Positions 43,873-54,194 are shown, numbered from the stretch's first letter. The stretch is DNA of 64,000 nt from an uncultured archaeon (GCA_963782915.1 CAWALK010000018.1:160001-224000); one strand, 5' to 3'. Numbers and translations: made by a program. The notes: generated by a model from the letters alone, not told the origin.

Positions 43873-44643
43873 ATGCAAATCGAAAAAAAACTAATCCTAT
43901 GCAGCATCCTAGCCATATCAATCGGAATCGCAACAATAGCACCCTTAACATACCTAATGAACACGGAGGGAGCGTCGGCTTTGCCAGATGTTGAGCCCTG
44001 GTTCAACGTGAACGTACCATACGCCTACTGTGACCCCTACCAAAGCGGCGGAAACGGAACAACCGCCTGGGACGGAGCCGCAATTAATGCAGTCGCAAAC
44101 TTTAGCTTAACACCTGGCGCTATGGAGTCAGATGTAGATGCACAGATTGAATACTACAAGTTCGCTGTTTCTTCTGAGCAGGGACCAATTGTTGACATGG
44201 GCTATTATATCGCTGAAAGCAACAAAATTGTCGATGTAATGATGTCAAGCGGCGGGTTAAACGACACAATCACCTTCGCAAACGGCTTAACCTACAGCCC
44301 ACCAGCAATTAGCGGCTCCCAAGCCGCAAGTTGGTCGGGCCAAGTCATAGGTTGGACGGGAGATAAACCCATCAGCAGCGTATATGGAGCACCATACTAT
44401 ATCATGTCGACATACAACGGTGAATTACCCCAAGCAGCCACTCAACTCAGAAACGCACAGACACTAAGCATCGATGTTAGCAAAGTCAGCACTGTCACAG
44501 TCAAAGGAAACGTCGTCGTCACCACACCAGCAGAACCCACAATCCTACAGCACATAGAGCTAACAAAAACCGACAACGGATTCGTCTACGGAACAAATAC
44601 TGAGTGCCCATCACCTTATAACTTCACTAAACCGCAGCCATAA
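43873..44643 (+). CDS. Secreted/membrane-anchored hypothetical protein
   Basis: N-terminal KKLILCSILAISIGIATIAPL anchor followed by a beta-rich polar body. Confidence 0.75.
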   Translation: MQIEKKLILCSILAISIGIATIAPLTYLMNTEGASALPDVEPWFNVNVPYAYCDPYQSGGNGTTAWDGAAINAVANFSLTPGAMESDVDAQIEYYKFAVSSEQGPIVDMGYYIAESNKIVDVMMSSGGLNDTITFANGLTYSPPAISGSQAASWSGQVIGWTGDKPISSVYGAPYYIMSTYNGELPQAATQLRNAQTLSIDVSKVSTVTVKGNVVVTTPAEPTILQHIELTKTDNGFVYGTNTECPSPYNFTKPQP

Positions 44644-44657
44644 CAACCGTAGGAACC

Positions 44658-45134
44658 GTGAACGCTTTGACTAATGAGGAACTCGAAGGCAACACATTAA
44701 CAGTCTACGCATACATTGTCCACGAAGCCAAACCAGTGGGAACAAGAGACGTCACCAGAGGCGCAGAACTTAGCAGCACCAGCGTCGCACACCGCCATCT
44801 GCAAAAACTGGAAGCATTAGGGTTAATTGAGAAAAACAGCTACGGCGATTTTATCCTAAAGGAAAAAGCAAGCATCAACGGGCACGTGTGGGTCGGCAAA
44901 AACCTTGTGCCGCGGTTGATGTTTTACTCCTTCTTTTTTTTGGGCGCATTCGCCGCAGAAGTAAGTATAGTATTGCTCAGTTTGGTAATTAAGGATTTAG
45001 TGATTCAAGTTAGCTTTTTGTTCTTGACGGGGATGACTGCGGTTACTATGGTATTGTTTTTAGTCGAGGGCATATTGTTGTACCGAAAAGTCAGCCCAAA
45101 ACATATGTCTAAAGGTGAGGTTGTTGGGGAATAG
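44658..45134 (+). CDS. Winged-HTH protein with two C-terminal TM helices
   Basis: PVGTRDV..LSSTSVAHRHLQKL..LGLI-K..G-F followed by two hydrophobic helices. Confidence 0.8.
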   Translation: MNALTNEELEGNTLTVYAYIVHEAKPVGTRDVTRGAELSSTSVAHRHLQKLEALGLIEKNSYGDFILKEKASINGHVWVGKNLVPRLMFYSFFFLGAFAAEVSIVLLSLVIKDLVIQVSFLFLTGMTAVTMVLFLVEGILLYRKVSPKHMSKGEVVGE

Positions 45135-45364
45135 GGAGGTTCTTGCAGCCTTAGAGTTGATCCTCAGCGCAGAGACTGATTACGGGTTCTCTGTTGACTA
45201 TGACGCGGAAGCTAACCCGATTATTGTGGTTGCGCCGAAAATAAAAGTTAACCAGGCAACCAGCAATCCATTGATAGGCACTTAGGCTGTGGTCAGCGCT
45301 AAATCGTTTTTTTAAAGATTGCGCTTACCAAGAGAAGCAAAAAGAATAGCTGTTTACGGAGTTT

Positions 45365-45460
45365 TCTATATTTAGGGGAGGGGGTAGGTCGGCAGAGCAA
45401 CAAAAGCTGAACCTATGTTACTTTATAAAAGGGAGGGGGAGGTCACTTTGAGCTATCGAC
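45365..45460 (+). repeat. Dispersed G-rich intergenic repeat, copy D (2 units)
   Basis: TCTATATTTAGGGGAGGGGGTAGGTCGGCAGAGCAACAAAAG, then CTTTATAAAAGGGAGGGGGAGGTCAC. Confidence 0.85.
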
Positions 45461-45531
45461 AGGGCTTCCAACATAACGTTAATAGCAAATTTTTTAGGCA
45501 TAAAACACCTTAGTGGGATTAGGCGATAAAT

Positions 45532-46173
45532 TTGACCGCTGATTTATTGCAGCAACTCAGCAACAAAGAAATCAGCAAAGCACAGCTTTTTGGGTTAGTT
45601 GCAGCTGATTTTGGTTTGCTGCCCATATTATTCGAGGGCACTCAATCAGTCAAAGCCACCATACGTTATGGTTGCGGCAGTGTCCTGATGGATCTAAGCG
45701 CCAAACATCCAGACAAGTTGTATCCCTACATGGACAATTTTGTTGCGCTGCTCGACAGCAAGCATAGGATTTTGACTTGGAATGCATTGGGAGCCATCGC
45801 CAACCTCACCGCAGCCGATGCGGACTGCAAATTTGATGCCTTATTCGAGCGGTATTATGGTTTTTTAGGCAGCGAATACATGGTTACAATAGCGAATGTA
45901 GTTGGGTTTTCAGCATCGATTATTCCCAACAAACCCTACTTAGCCAACAGAATACAGGCGGAACTGCTAAAAGTGCAGAATCTCCAGACAACACCGCACT
46001 TAACAGAAGAATGCAAACTCGTCATAGCACAACAAGCCATCGAAACCTTCAACACCCTAATCCAATACACCCAAAACAAAGCCCCGCTAATCGAATTTGC
46101 GCAGAAACACCAAAATAGCCCAAGAAATGCACTAAGAAAGGAAGCATTAAAATTTATTAAAAAATGGCAATAA
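45532..46173 (+). CDS. HEAT/ARM-like all-alpha hypothetical protein
   Basis: 213-aa helical ORF (P-KLYPY-D-F..LL-S..IL-WNA). Confidence 0.7.
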   Translation: MTADLLQQLSNKEISKAQLFGLVAADFGLLPILFEGTQSVKATIRYGCGSVLMDLSAKHPDKLYPYMDNFVALLDSKHRILTWNALGAIANLTAADADCKFDALFERYYGFLGSEYMVTIANVVGFSASIIPNKPYLANRIQAELLKVQNLQTTPHLTEECKLVIAQQAIETFNTLIQYTQNKAPLIEFAQKHQNSPRNALRKEALKFIKKWQ

Positions 46174-46195
46174 ACGTGGGGTAGCCACGTTTTTT
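46172..46195. terminator. Hairpin between convergent genes (putative bidirectional terminator)
   Basis: AAACGTGG-GGTAG-CCACGTTT followed by a T run. Confidence 0.55.
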
Positions 46196-46433
46196 ATTGC
46201 GCTAATTCAGCATCTGCGGAACCGCTGACTAACGCGGTTATCCTTATTTTCACGTGCTCGTTAAGTTTGGCGCCTTTAATGAATACAGGGAAACCCTTGA
46301 TTTTTGCGACGCCTTCTCCGTTTGGAGCAACATCAAAAATATCCACTTCGAATTCTTCTCCAACATCCATTGGATAAGCTACGCCTCTGCCTCTGTTTTT
46401 GGCGTTTCTAGGAGCTCTTTTTTTGGGACTTAA
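46194..46433 (-). CDS. Single TRAM-domain RNA-binding protein (not in the ORF track; start uncertain)
   Basis: Manual translation gives ..RGRGVAYPMDVGEEFEVDIFDVAPNGEGVAKIKGFPVFIKGAKLNEHVKIRI..AEL. Confidence 0.8.
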   Translation of the reverse strand, partial: LSPKKRAPRNAKNRGRGVAYPMDVGEEFEVDIFDVAPNGEGVAKIKGFPVFIKGAKLNEHVKIRITALVSGSADAELAQ

Positions 46434-46510
46434 AGCATATCATCCTCGGTTGATTAATAATGATTAATTGTGTGGAATAAGGGTTTTGCTTTTTTGGATA
46501 GAAGTTGTTG

Positions 46511-46554
46511 GCTTGAGGTGATTTGAAATCCTGACCAACAGATTATAAGCTTGG
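46511..46554 (-). repeat. Degenerate duplicate of the 3' half of tRNA(CAT) (att-like)
   Basis: GAGGTGATTTGAAATCCTGACCAACAGATTATAAG versus the tRNA's GAGGTGATTTGAACACCTGACCAACAGATTATGAG. Confidence 0.8.
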
Positions 46555-46583
46555 CTAAAGGTCGTTCCTATAGCATTAGGATT

Positions 46584-46936
46584 CTATTTTGCCCGTGTGA
46601 CTTTAATGCGGTCTTCTCTAACAGTTACAACCATATTATCCATAACTACTTTTGTTGATAACACTGTTGAATTCGTTTAGCTATCTGTTGGGGTGACTTA
46701 GGAACAAACATCAGCAGTATGATACCTTTAGTCTGGCGTTTCTCTTTAAAGACAAGTTGTGCAAAATCATGGTCAAAAGTCACGAGAAATCTGCTCGCTG
46801 CATTAGCTTCTTCTAAAACAGCCCTATCCTTTAATCCCTGTAGCGTCTCAGAAATGGAGATAATATCTACGCCTCGGCTTTTTAATAAATCAATAGCTTC
46901 TAAGGGGATGTTCTCGTCAGCGATTAGTTTAGTCAA
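46584..46936 (-). CDS. DUF5615 (VapC45-like) PIN toxin (frameshift near the 3' end)
   Basis: LIADENIP, G-KD..VL..A..R-LVTFD-DF. Confidence 0.85.
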
Positions 46937-47166
46937 GGAAGCGCATAGACCTTCTCTTCCTTCATAACCTCTGTAGCGTATTTGAGAACCGCTGTGATGT
47001 CCTGCTGCTTTAGCTGTGGATAATTCTTCAAAATTTTTGCGCAAGTCCAACCGTTTGCCAGCAACTCCATGATAAATTCAACCGCTAATCTAGTTCCCTT
47101 AATGACTGGTTTGCCAGCTAAAATTTCTGGGTCGACGCTTATTCGGTTTCTCCACGCTTCAGCCAT
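46933..47166 (-). CDS. DUF433 antitoxin (VapB45-like)
   Basis: ISVDPEILAGKPVIKGTR..I.ELLA.G..IL..YP.L..DI.A.L.YA. Confidence 0.92.
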   Translation of the reverse strand: MAEAWRNRISVDPEILAGKPVIKGTRLAVEFIMELLANGWTCAKILKNYPQLKQQDITAVLKYATEVMKEEKVYALP

Positions 47167-47233
47167 ACGGGCACCATGCAAATATTGAATTAAAGATAAT
47201 ATAAATTCGCTGGATAAGTCGGTTGAAATTGAA

Positions 47234-47310
47234 TGGTGGGCCCGAGGTGATTTGAACACCTGACCAACAGATTATGAGTCTGGCGCTCTACCTAACTGAG
47301 CTACGGGCCC
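47234..47310 (-). tRNA. tRNA with CAT anticodon, probably tRNA-Ile2 (agmatidine) rather than Met
   Basis: GGGCCCG/CGGGCCC acceptor, CTCATAA loop, TTCAAAT, encoded CCA. It lacks the initiator A1-U72 pair and the three G-C pairs. Confidence 0.9.
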
Positions 47311-47582
47311 AAACCGCTGTACTCTTAATATTGCTGTTCCAAACAAGATTTAAACATTTTCTGCCTAAGAGCGAAGTAACCAAGCGATTCATATATTTGC
47401 CATCCAAACCGTCTCAAAAAAGATTCAGCCAGCATATCCAATTACGAGTTAGACATTCGCAGGTCATGCACTCGAACCAAACTGTAGGAACCTAAAAACG
47501 GGTTGTTGATGTGCATAAGGACTTTTCTGCAACAACAACTATACTGGAAAACAGACATTAAACCAACAAAACAAAAAGAAAG

Positions 47583-47834
47583 CTATGGTTTGCCAAACCA
47601 TTTCTCGTACCAAGCAACATACATGCTCAGGCACTCTTTCTGGTAGGACTCATCACTTTCTTCTTTTAGGCAACTGGCGAGTTCTAGGTTATGTGTGAGT
47701 TCATCTTTTGCTTCCTGCATCAACGTTTCAACGTCGTCGAGCATGTCGTTGCCTCCTGAGGCATAATCCTTTTTTGTTTGCTTCAAGAATATGCGTTTGT
47801 CGTTGATTAATTGGTTAATTTTGCCCTCACTCAT
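47583..47834 (-). CDS. Small hypothetical protein
   Basis: Likely start MSEGK; helical, ends WYEKWFG. Confidence 0.55.
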   Translation of the reverse strand: MSEGKINQLINDKRIFLKQTKKDYASGGNDMLDDVETLMQEAKDELTHNLELASCLKEESDESYQKECLSMYVAWYEKWFGKP

Positions 47835-47871
47835 AGGATGCACCAGTAAGCAAATGCTTGGCGACGGCATT

Positions 47872-48733
47872 TTAACGTTGTGTTCGCTCGTAATGGTAGA
47901 GGTATTCTTGTGCGTAGCCGGCGTAGCATCCAAAGTAGGTTCGGGCGAAGTCACCGATTTTTATGTACTCGCCATTAGTTAAGGAGTCATGGCTTTGCAT
48001 CTTCTTCACCAGAGCCTCGGGAAATTGGCTGCTGTAATGGTTCAATATAACACGTTTAACCCAGACATCCACTGGAAAAGCCTCGGATTTCTCCAGCGAA
48101 AACAGCATTACACAATCAGCCACTTTTAAACCGACCCCGGAAAACTCCAGGAGCTTTTTTCTTGCTTCCAAATAAGGCATTGTTTTCAAAGCTTCAAGGT
48201 CAATTTGTTCCTCATGAATCTTTTTTGCTGTTGCCAGTAAATACTTTGCGCGGTAACCCAATCCGCATTCACGCAAACCATTCTCACTTGCACAAGCCAA
48301 CCGCTCAACAGACGGTAAAGTATAGAAGTCTATACCGTCAACAACTTTCTTTTCGCCGTATTTTGCGGAGATTTTGCGCAGCATGACTTCGATGGCGGCG
48401 ATGCTCTTGTAGGTGGCGCAGATGAAGCTGATTAGGCATTCCCATGGAACTTGGCGTACAATGCGTAAGCCTTCGAACCTTTGAAGTGCTATTCGGATGT
48501 AATCGTCTTTGGCGATGCAGTTGCTGATTTGGGCTAAATCGTCGTTTAAGCCGAAATATTGCCGCACAAAAGCTTCGCTCTCACCCCAAAACTCAAGTTC
48601 AGATCGCAGTCTGACGGATTTTGATGATGTTTTCGCCGACAACCCCATACCACCAACCATCCACCTTTTTCCAGCGAAACACCTGCCCACAACAGAGCGA
48701 AAAATCCAAGTCAAACGCAACATCAAGCCGCAT
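47872..48733 (-). CDS. ogg: 8-oxoguanine DNA glycosylase/AP lyase, OGG1-type (frameshift near the 5' end)
   Basis: N-terminal SLCCGQVFRW in an alternative frame; Q-PWECLISFI, GLGYRAKY, GVGLKVADC, FPVDVW and AGYAQEYL. Confidence 0.9.
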
Positions 48734-48738
48734 ACACT

Positions 48739-50856
48739 CTACTCCATGAACTTTTCAGCCTTCGGCACTTCCAAGGCAAGGCCTTTGCGTTTGCGCATAC
48801 CACCAATAACTTCCATAGCAAGTTTCTGGGGCATCTTTTCCCAATGATCAAAGAATGACTGCCAAACTGCCCTGCCTGAAGTCGTCGAACGCAGCTCCAT
48901 CGAGAACCCAAAAGTTTCAGCGACCGGAATATAACCGGTAATTTGGGCTAAGAGCCCCTTCTGTTCAAACAGTATAACTTTGCCACGTTTAGTGGTGAGA
49001 ATGCGTGAGCATTCGCCGGAGAGTTCTGAGGCTACGGTTATTATGATTTTGTAGATGGGTTCTTGGAGTGTTGGGTTTGCGGTTAAGAAACTGGCGAATA
49101 TTGCTTTACCGACTGCACGCATGATTTCGGAATCAGCTGTTGCGGTTGCACCGAGCTCCAAATCGATGAGGTTCACTTGAAGATGGCGCATTGGTTCACC
49201 GCATAATGGTCCGGCTTTGCAAGCGTATTCGAACCCAGCGATTATCGCCGCCAACACCTCTTCGGGTAACTGCCCTGTTTTGTCGTTGTAATCCAATAGT
49301 ACGTTGCGGTGTTCATCGATTGATAGAACGGTGCCTCGGTTTTCATCAGTTTGTGCGCCATGTTCCTGTTCGGGTTCAACCTGCATCCAAAAGCTACTCT
49401 GCTTATCGGGACTCTTCGCTAATGTAACCGCGCCGTCTTTTTGTGCGCTTTCCATATAAACAACCCGCGGCTCCGAAACCCCAAGTTTGGCTCCGCCCGC
49501 TTTTAATTCGTTGAGTGCGACTTCCAGATGCAATTCACCCATGCCGCTGAGCAGGTACTCGCCTGTTTCTTTATCGATGGTTGCTTTGAGGTTGGGGTCT
49601 TCTGAAGCAAGCTTCTGCAGTCCTTGCATAAGCGTTTCTATGTCTTGGGGATTTTTGGGTTCCACAGCCAACGTTACCACAGGTTCAGACACATAATTGA
49701 TGCATTCGAAAGGCACCATACCGTCCTTATGGGAAAAATCAACAAGGGTTTCCCCAGCAGCAACAGTACCACTCAAAGTTAACGTTGCCAAGTTGCCTGC
49801 TAAAGTTTCAGGCACCTCTTCACGCAGTGCCCCCATATCAACATAAACGGCTTTAACTTCGCATTCACCCAAAGTATCGACTAAATGCAGTTTATCGCCT
49901 TTCTTGATTTTGCCGGAAAAAAGCCGTCCAGTCGCAAAAGTATCACCGTTCTTGTCGGCGTGTACGTTAGTGACAAACAGCACTCCTGGTCCGTCGTCAC
50001 TGCAGTTGGAGAGTGCTTCGCCGACTTTTGAGTCAACGTTTCCATCCCAGATACTGCCAATGCGGTAGCCTTGAGCTTGTCGCGGATTGGGAATGCTGCA
50101 AATTGCCATTTCAGTTATTGCAGTATAAACAGGCAGGGATTTCTTGAGGTTGGATGCAGTGCCGTCTTTGTGGGCTTTTATTATATCTGAGAATTTAATT
50201 CCCTGCTGCTTTGCCATGTTAAAGGTGAATCCCCAGCCGTAAAGGGCTGCTCCGAAAGCCACGTTACCCATAGCGGGGCTGATTCGCCATTGGCTCTTGA
50301 ATTGGGATTCAGCGTTGAGTTCTATTAAGTCGTTGAAGGTGCCGATTATGTGGTCAAGTTTCTTTTGGATTTGTTCTTCGCTGAGTTGAAGTTCAGTGAT
50401 TAATCGGTCTATTTTGTTAATGAAAAGTACTGGGCGCACGCGTTCTTGGAGTGCTTGGCGGGTGAGGATTTCGGTTTGCGCCATAATCTCCTCCACCGCA
50501 TCGACGACGACTACTGCGCCATCGATAACGCGCAATGCCCTTGTGACTTTGCCTGTAAAATCGACGTGCCCAGGTGTATCAACCAAGTTGATGATGTAGG
50601 GTTCAGCGGCGTAGTTGTAGAGTAATGTTATGTTGGCGGTTTTTATGGTGATTTTTCGTTTCTGCTCTTCCGCAAGGTAATCCAGCACCCGTGCCATGCC
50701 AGCCATCTGCGTGGAGAGCAACCCTGCCCCAGCCAAAAGCGAATCCGCCAATGTAGTTTTGCCATGGTCAATATGGGCGATTATCCCAATATTGCGAATG
50801 TGCTCTTTGTCGCCCATTAACTGCTGAATCTGTGGAATTTGTTTAAACCGCGGCAT
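48739..50856 (-). CDS. Elongation factor 2 paralog (aEF-2p), lacking the diphthamide His loop
   Basis: AHIDHGKTT, DTPGHVDF, NKID, GMGELHLE and GPLCGEP are present; the HEDxxHRG loop is absent and G2 reads RKITI. Confidence 0.85.
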   Translation of the reverse strand: MPRFKQIPQIQQLMGDKEHIRNIGIIAHIDHGKTTLADSLLAGAGLLSTQMAGMARVLDYLAEEQKRKITIKTANITLLYNYAAEPYIINLVDTPGHVDFTGKVTRALRVIDGAVVVVDAVEEIMAQTEILTRQALQERVRPVLFINKIDRLITELQLSEEQIQKKLDHIIGTFNDLIELNAESQFKSQWRISPAMGNVAFGAALYGWGFTFNMAKQQGIKFSDIIKAHKDGTASNLKKSLPVYTAITEMAICSIPNPRQAQGYRIGSIWDGNVDSKVGEALSNCSDDGPGVLFVTNVHADKNGDTFATGRLFSGKIKKGDKLHLVDTLGECEVKAVYVDMGALREEVPETLAGNLATLTLSGTVAAGETLVDFSHKDGMVPFECINYVSEPVVTLAVEPKNPQDIETLMQGLQKLASEDPNLKATIDKETGEYLLSGMGELHLEVALNELKAGGAKLGVSEPRVVYMESAQKDGAVTLAKSPDKQSSFWMQVEPEQEHGAQTDENRGTVLSIDEHRNVLLDYNDKTGQLPEEVLAAIIAGFEYACKAGPLCGEPMRHLQVNLIDLELGATATADSEIMRAVGKAIFASFLTANPTLQEPIYKIIITVASELSGECSRILTTKRGKVILFEQKGLLAQITGYIPVAETFGFSMELRSTTSGRAVWQSFFDHWEKMPQKLAMEVIGGMRKRKGLALEVPKAEKFME

Positions 50857-50919
50857 AACTTAACCCGTTAAGATAGGCATAGTTGGAATGGATGTGCCTA
50901 TTAACTTTTTAACTTAAAT

Positions 50920-51623
50920 TCAGCGGGCGTTGCTTGGGTTCTCTGAAGCAACAGCGCCAATTAGTGCGGGTGGACGCAGTTTAGTGGCATGGTACTTTTG
51001 AACCAACGTAACCGTTTGAGACACATACGCTAACCCCGCAAAAACTACAGTTACAGCGAAAGGTGCATACAGAGTAGACAGCATCAATCCATCAGCTAAA
51101 CCGTTGCCCCCAATTACAACACCAGAAAAATAGGGCAAATATGCCAAATCAACCAATAACAAGGACACGGGAACGCATGCAAGGGCTAACATAAGCGATG
51201 ATACGAAGACTTTTTCGTAAACCGCTGAAGGGTTTAGGGTAAACATTCACTACCGCGGCAATTATGCCCACGGCTAGTGCAAAGGGCAGTGGATAACCTG
51301 ATATTCCCTCGGGGGTTTGTCGGCAGAGCAAAAACGCTACTGATGATGGATGCAGAGAATGCGATTGCAGCTTTCTTTAGCGGATACCTCGCAGATTTAA
51401 TGAATACAGCCATAAAGACCAGCGCCGCCGCAAGGGGAACAACAGCACCCAACAGGTCGATACCCAAAGAATCGGTAAGCAGTATGGGTGAGTAGCAAGG
51501 GTTTACTTCGAAGTTGTCTCTGAAGATGCCAACGGCGGATATTCCCCAAGCTGCCACCAAGATACCTAACAGGGCAACTAGGATGCCTTTACAGTACAAC
51601 TTGACATCTGCGCTAACGGGCAT
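50920..51623 (-). CDS. Multi-pass membrane protein, DUF1614-like (frameshifted)
   Basis: GID-LGAVVP and IGGNG-ADG motifs across ORFs 51234-51623, 51149-51331 and 50920-51246. Confidence 0.55.
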
Positions 51624-51768
51624 GGCTCTTCACGTTTACTGATGTGAGAAGCTTGGAGGTTATAATTGGGTGCATACGTTATTTTTGGACACACGCCCAT
51701 TAATGCCAAATTCTGGGGTCAGGGCGAAAAGGCTTTGTTCTTTCCCGTTACTGTTAGGTGCGAATGCT

Positions 51769-52530
51769 ATGCCCAAAACAGCCAATGTACCCACCGCTCA
51801 ACTTGGCGAGGAACCGTATGCTTCGGTCGTGTGCTATCCAAGGGCAAACCCTGCTGAAATGCAGATTCGCATAGAAGAACTCCAAAAGCTCGGTGTGGAA
51901 TCCATAGAGTTCTGTGGTAAAACCTCAGCTTTCCAATTGTCGGTTCTGGGCAAAGGCTATGTCGGCGTAGTCGTAGCGGCGCATGTAGGCTGCGAAACTT
52001 ATGCGTTGAAGATGAAGAGGGTGGATGCGGACAGGGAAAGCTTGGAACGCGAAGCAGAACTCCTTACTAAAGCGAATAGTGTGGGTGTGGGGGCGAAATT
52101 TTTGGCTGTAACCAAACATTTTTTGCTGATGCAGCTCATCGACGGCGACTTGCTTGAGGTTTGGCTCCGAACCCACAAAACCAAAGAAGCCATCCGCAAG
52201 GTTTTAGCGGACATTTTGGAGCAGTGCTGGCGCCTAGACACAATCAGCTTAGACCATGGTGAACTCAGCAAAGCACCCAAACACCTCCTCCTCAACAGCT
52301 CGGACAAGCCATATATCGTTGATTTTGAAACCGCCAGCACGCAACGCAACGCCTCAAACGTCACCTCCGTTTGCCAGTACCTCTATCAAGGCAACAGCGA
52401 TGTAGGCAAAGCAATCGCCCAAATCATAGGCGAAAGAAACAGAACTGAACTGGTTGCGGCTCTGAGGAAATATAGGAAAGAGAGAAACCGTGGAAGCTTT
52501 GAGGAGTTACTAAAGCGCTGCCTTGAATAG
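51769..52530 (+). CDS. RIO-like/atypical Ser/Thr protein kinase
   Basis: LGKGYVGVV, ALK, HGELS and IVDFE. Confidence 0.85.
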   Translation: MPKTANVPTAQLGEEPYASVVCYPRANPAEMQIRIEELQKLGVESIEFCGKTSAFQLSVLGKGYVGVVVAAHVGCETYALKMKRVDADRESLEREAELLTKANSVGVGAKFLAVTKHFLLMQLIDGDLLEVWLRTHKTKEAIRKVLADILEQCWRLDTISLDHGELSKAPKHLLLNSSDKPYIVDFETASTQRNASNVTSVCQYLYQGNSDVGKAIAQIIGERNRTELVAALRKYRKERNRGSFEELLKRCLE

Positions 52531-52570
52531 GTATTAGCTTAAATATTTAGAGCGCTCAAATTGGGTTTTT

Positions 52571-52879
52571 ATGAGCGCTGTAGCTTTCGACGGAAAGAAG
52601 GTTGTACTGAGACAGGAGCGTTGGCGACATATCATTTTAAGGCACCCTGAGCTGAAGAACGCCGCTGAATCGATTCTAGAGGTGGTTGCCCATCCTGACG
52701 AAGTCTACGTTGACCCAACGGGGGCTTTTCATGCGTTAAAACATGTTACGGGTGTTTCAGATTTTCTAGTTGTCATCTACAGCGTCGAAGATGAAGGTTA
52801 TATAAGAACCGCATACTATACGAGTACGATAAGGAAAACGAGGAGGTATAGGGCATTCAGAAAGTTAAAACCATCTTAG
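52571..52879 (+). CDS. RelE/barnase-fold (PBECR2-like) putative RNase toxin
   Basis: ERW-HI..RHPE..V..PD..LVVIY..GYI-TAY. Confidence 0.7.
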   Translation: MSAVAFDGKKVVLRQERWRHIILRHPELKNAAESILEVVAHPDEVYVDPTGAFHALKHVTGVSDFLVVIYSVEDEGYIRTAYYTSTIRKTRRYRAFRKLKPS

Positions 52880-52896
52880 ACATTGATGTTCGAAGA

Positions 52897-53109
52897 GTGC
52901 TCGAGCAACTGGAAGCCAAGTATGGTTTAAAGTTACCTCGTACAGTAATTACCATAGACTACGACGAAGATGTCGGCGACCTCTACATACGATTCAAAAA
53001 CGCAGATACCACAGAAGGCGAGCCGACAAGCGATGGAAAAGCAATAGTTCATTATGATAAAAAGGGCAAAATCGCCGCGATAGAAATCACGGATTTAGCT
53101 GAGTTTTAA
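52897..53109 (+). CDS. DUF2283 putative antitoxin
   Basis: DYDEDVGDLYIRF..IVHYDKKG-I-AIEI. Confidence 0.8.
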   Translation: MLEQLEAKYGLKLPRTVITIDYDEDVGDLYIRFKNADTTEGEPTSDGKAIVHYDKKGKIAAIEITDLAEF

Positions 53110-54193
53110 GCGACGACTTCGTGTAGCCGCTTCTGTTTCACTGCTTCTTTAAGTTCCAATGCGATGCGTCTGCCCATGTACATGTTCTCGCCATATCTTA
53201 AGGTAAGCGTATGGTGATGTGCCGATGCCGACGTTTGTGCCTGCGACGATGCGAGCTGAGATTTCGAAGGTGTAGATTTTGAGGTCGTCGGTGATGACTG
53301 TTTCGAGGCAGAAGGGTCCGATGATTCCTGGCGGCGCTAATTCGCGGGCTTTTTTGTGGACGTTTTCGCCCATGCGCATGATTTCGGGCAGGAGTGATTC
53401 GCGTAGGACTATGGGGAAGTTGCCTACGACTGTGTATGTTGGGATGACGTCGATTTCGAGTTGTTCTTGGGCGGGGATTTTGCCGATGCTGTCTACGGCG
53501 GATTCGTATCGGCGGTCCATGGCGAGCAGTTCTACGTCGTTGTTTAGGATGCTGCTGAAGTAGCTTGGGTAAACGTTAACGCCTAATGCGTATTCTTGCA
53601 GGTGGATTTTGTCGATGTCTTCTTTGGTTAGCATGCCGCGTTTTATCATTTCTTCGGCTTTTTTGTAGAAGCCTTTTGGCGAGTTTGCGAGGAAGTAGCC
53701 TCTGCCGCCTTTGGCGCCTTGGAGTTTTGCGATGACTAAGCGGTCGATGTCATCGGGGGTTTTGAATGTGGCTGGGAGGCGCAGTCCTGCTTGGCGTAGC
53801 CATTCTTCTTGGGATTTGCGGTTGGCTTCCCAGTTGAGTAGTTGGCGGTTACCCATCATGGGCACGTTGAGGCTGTCGGTTAGTTGTTCGGTGCTTAGGT
53901 AAGCTGTGAAGGAGCCGTGCGGAATCAAAACCACGTTAAGTTTGCGCAAGCCGCTCCTGCATGCTCTCACTGAGCAATTCAGTGAAATCTTTAACGATAA
54001 TTAATTCGTCAACCAGCGGATACTTCTGGTACATGATTGCGTCTTTTTCTTTACAGATGCAGACGGTACGGAAACCCTCTTCTTTGGCGCCCTTGAAAAT
54101 GTTAAGTGAGCTATGGGAGCCCAAAGTGCCGATTGCCAGCTTTGAGTGGTCATATTTCTCGATTATTTTTCCGACGGCTGCACTGTCAATCAT
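53106..54193 (-). CDS. purP: Formate-AICAR ligase PurP-family protein (frameshifted)
   Basis: TLGSHS, IPHGSF, GAKGGRGYF, RYES, GPFCLE and FEISARIVAGTN. Confidence 0.9.
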
Positions 54194-54194
54194 A

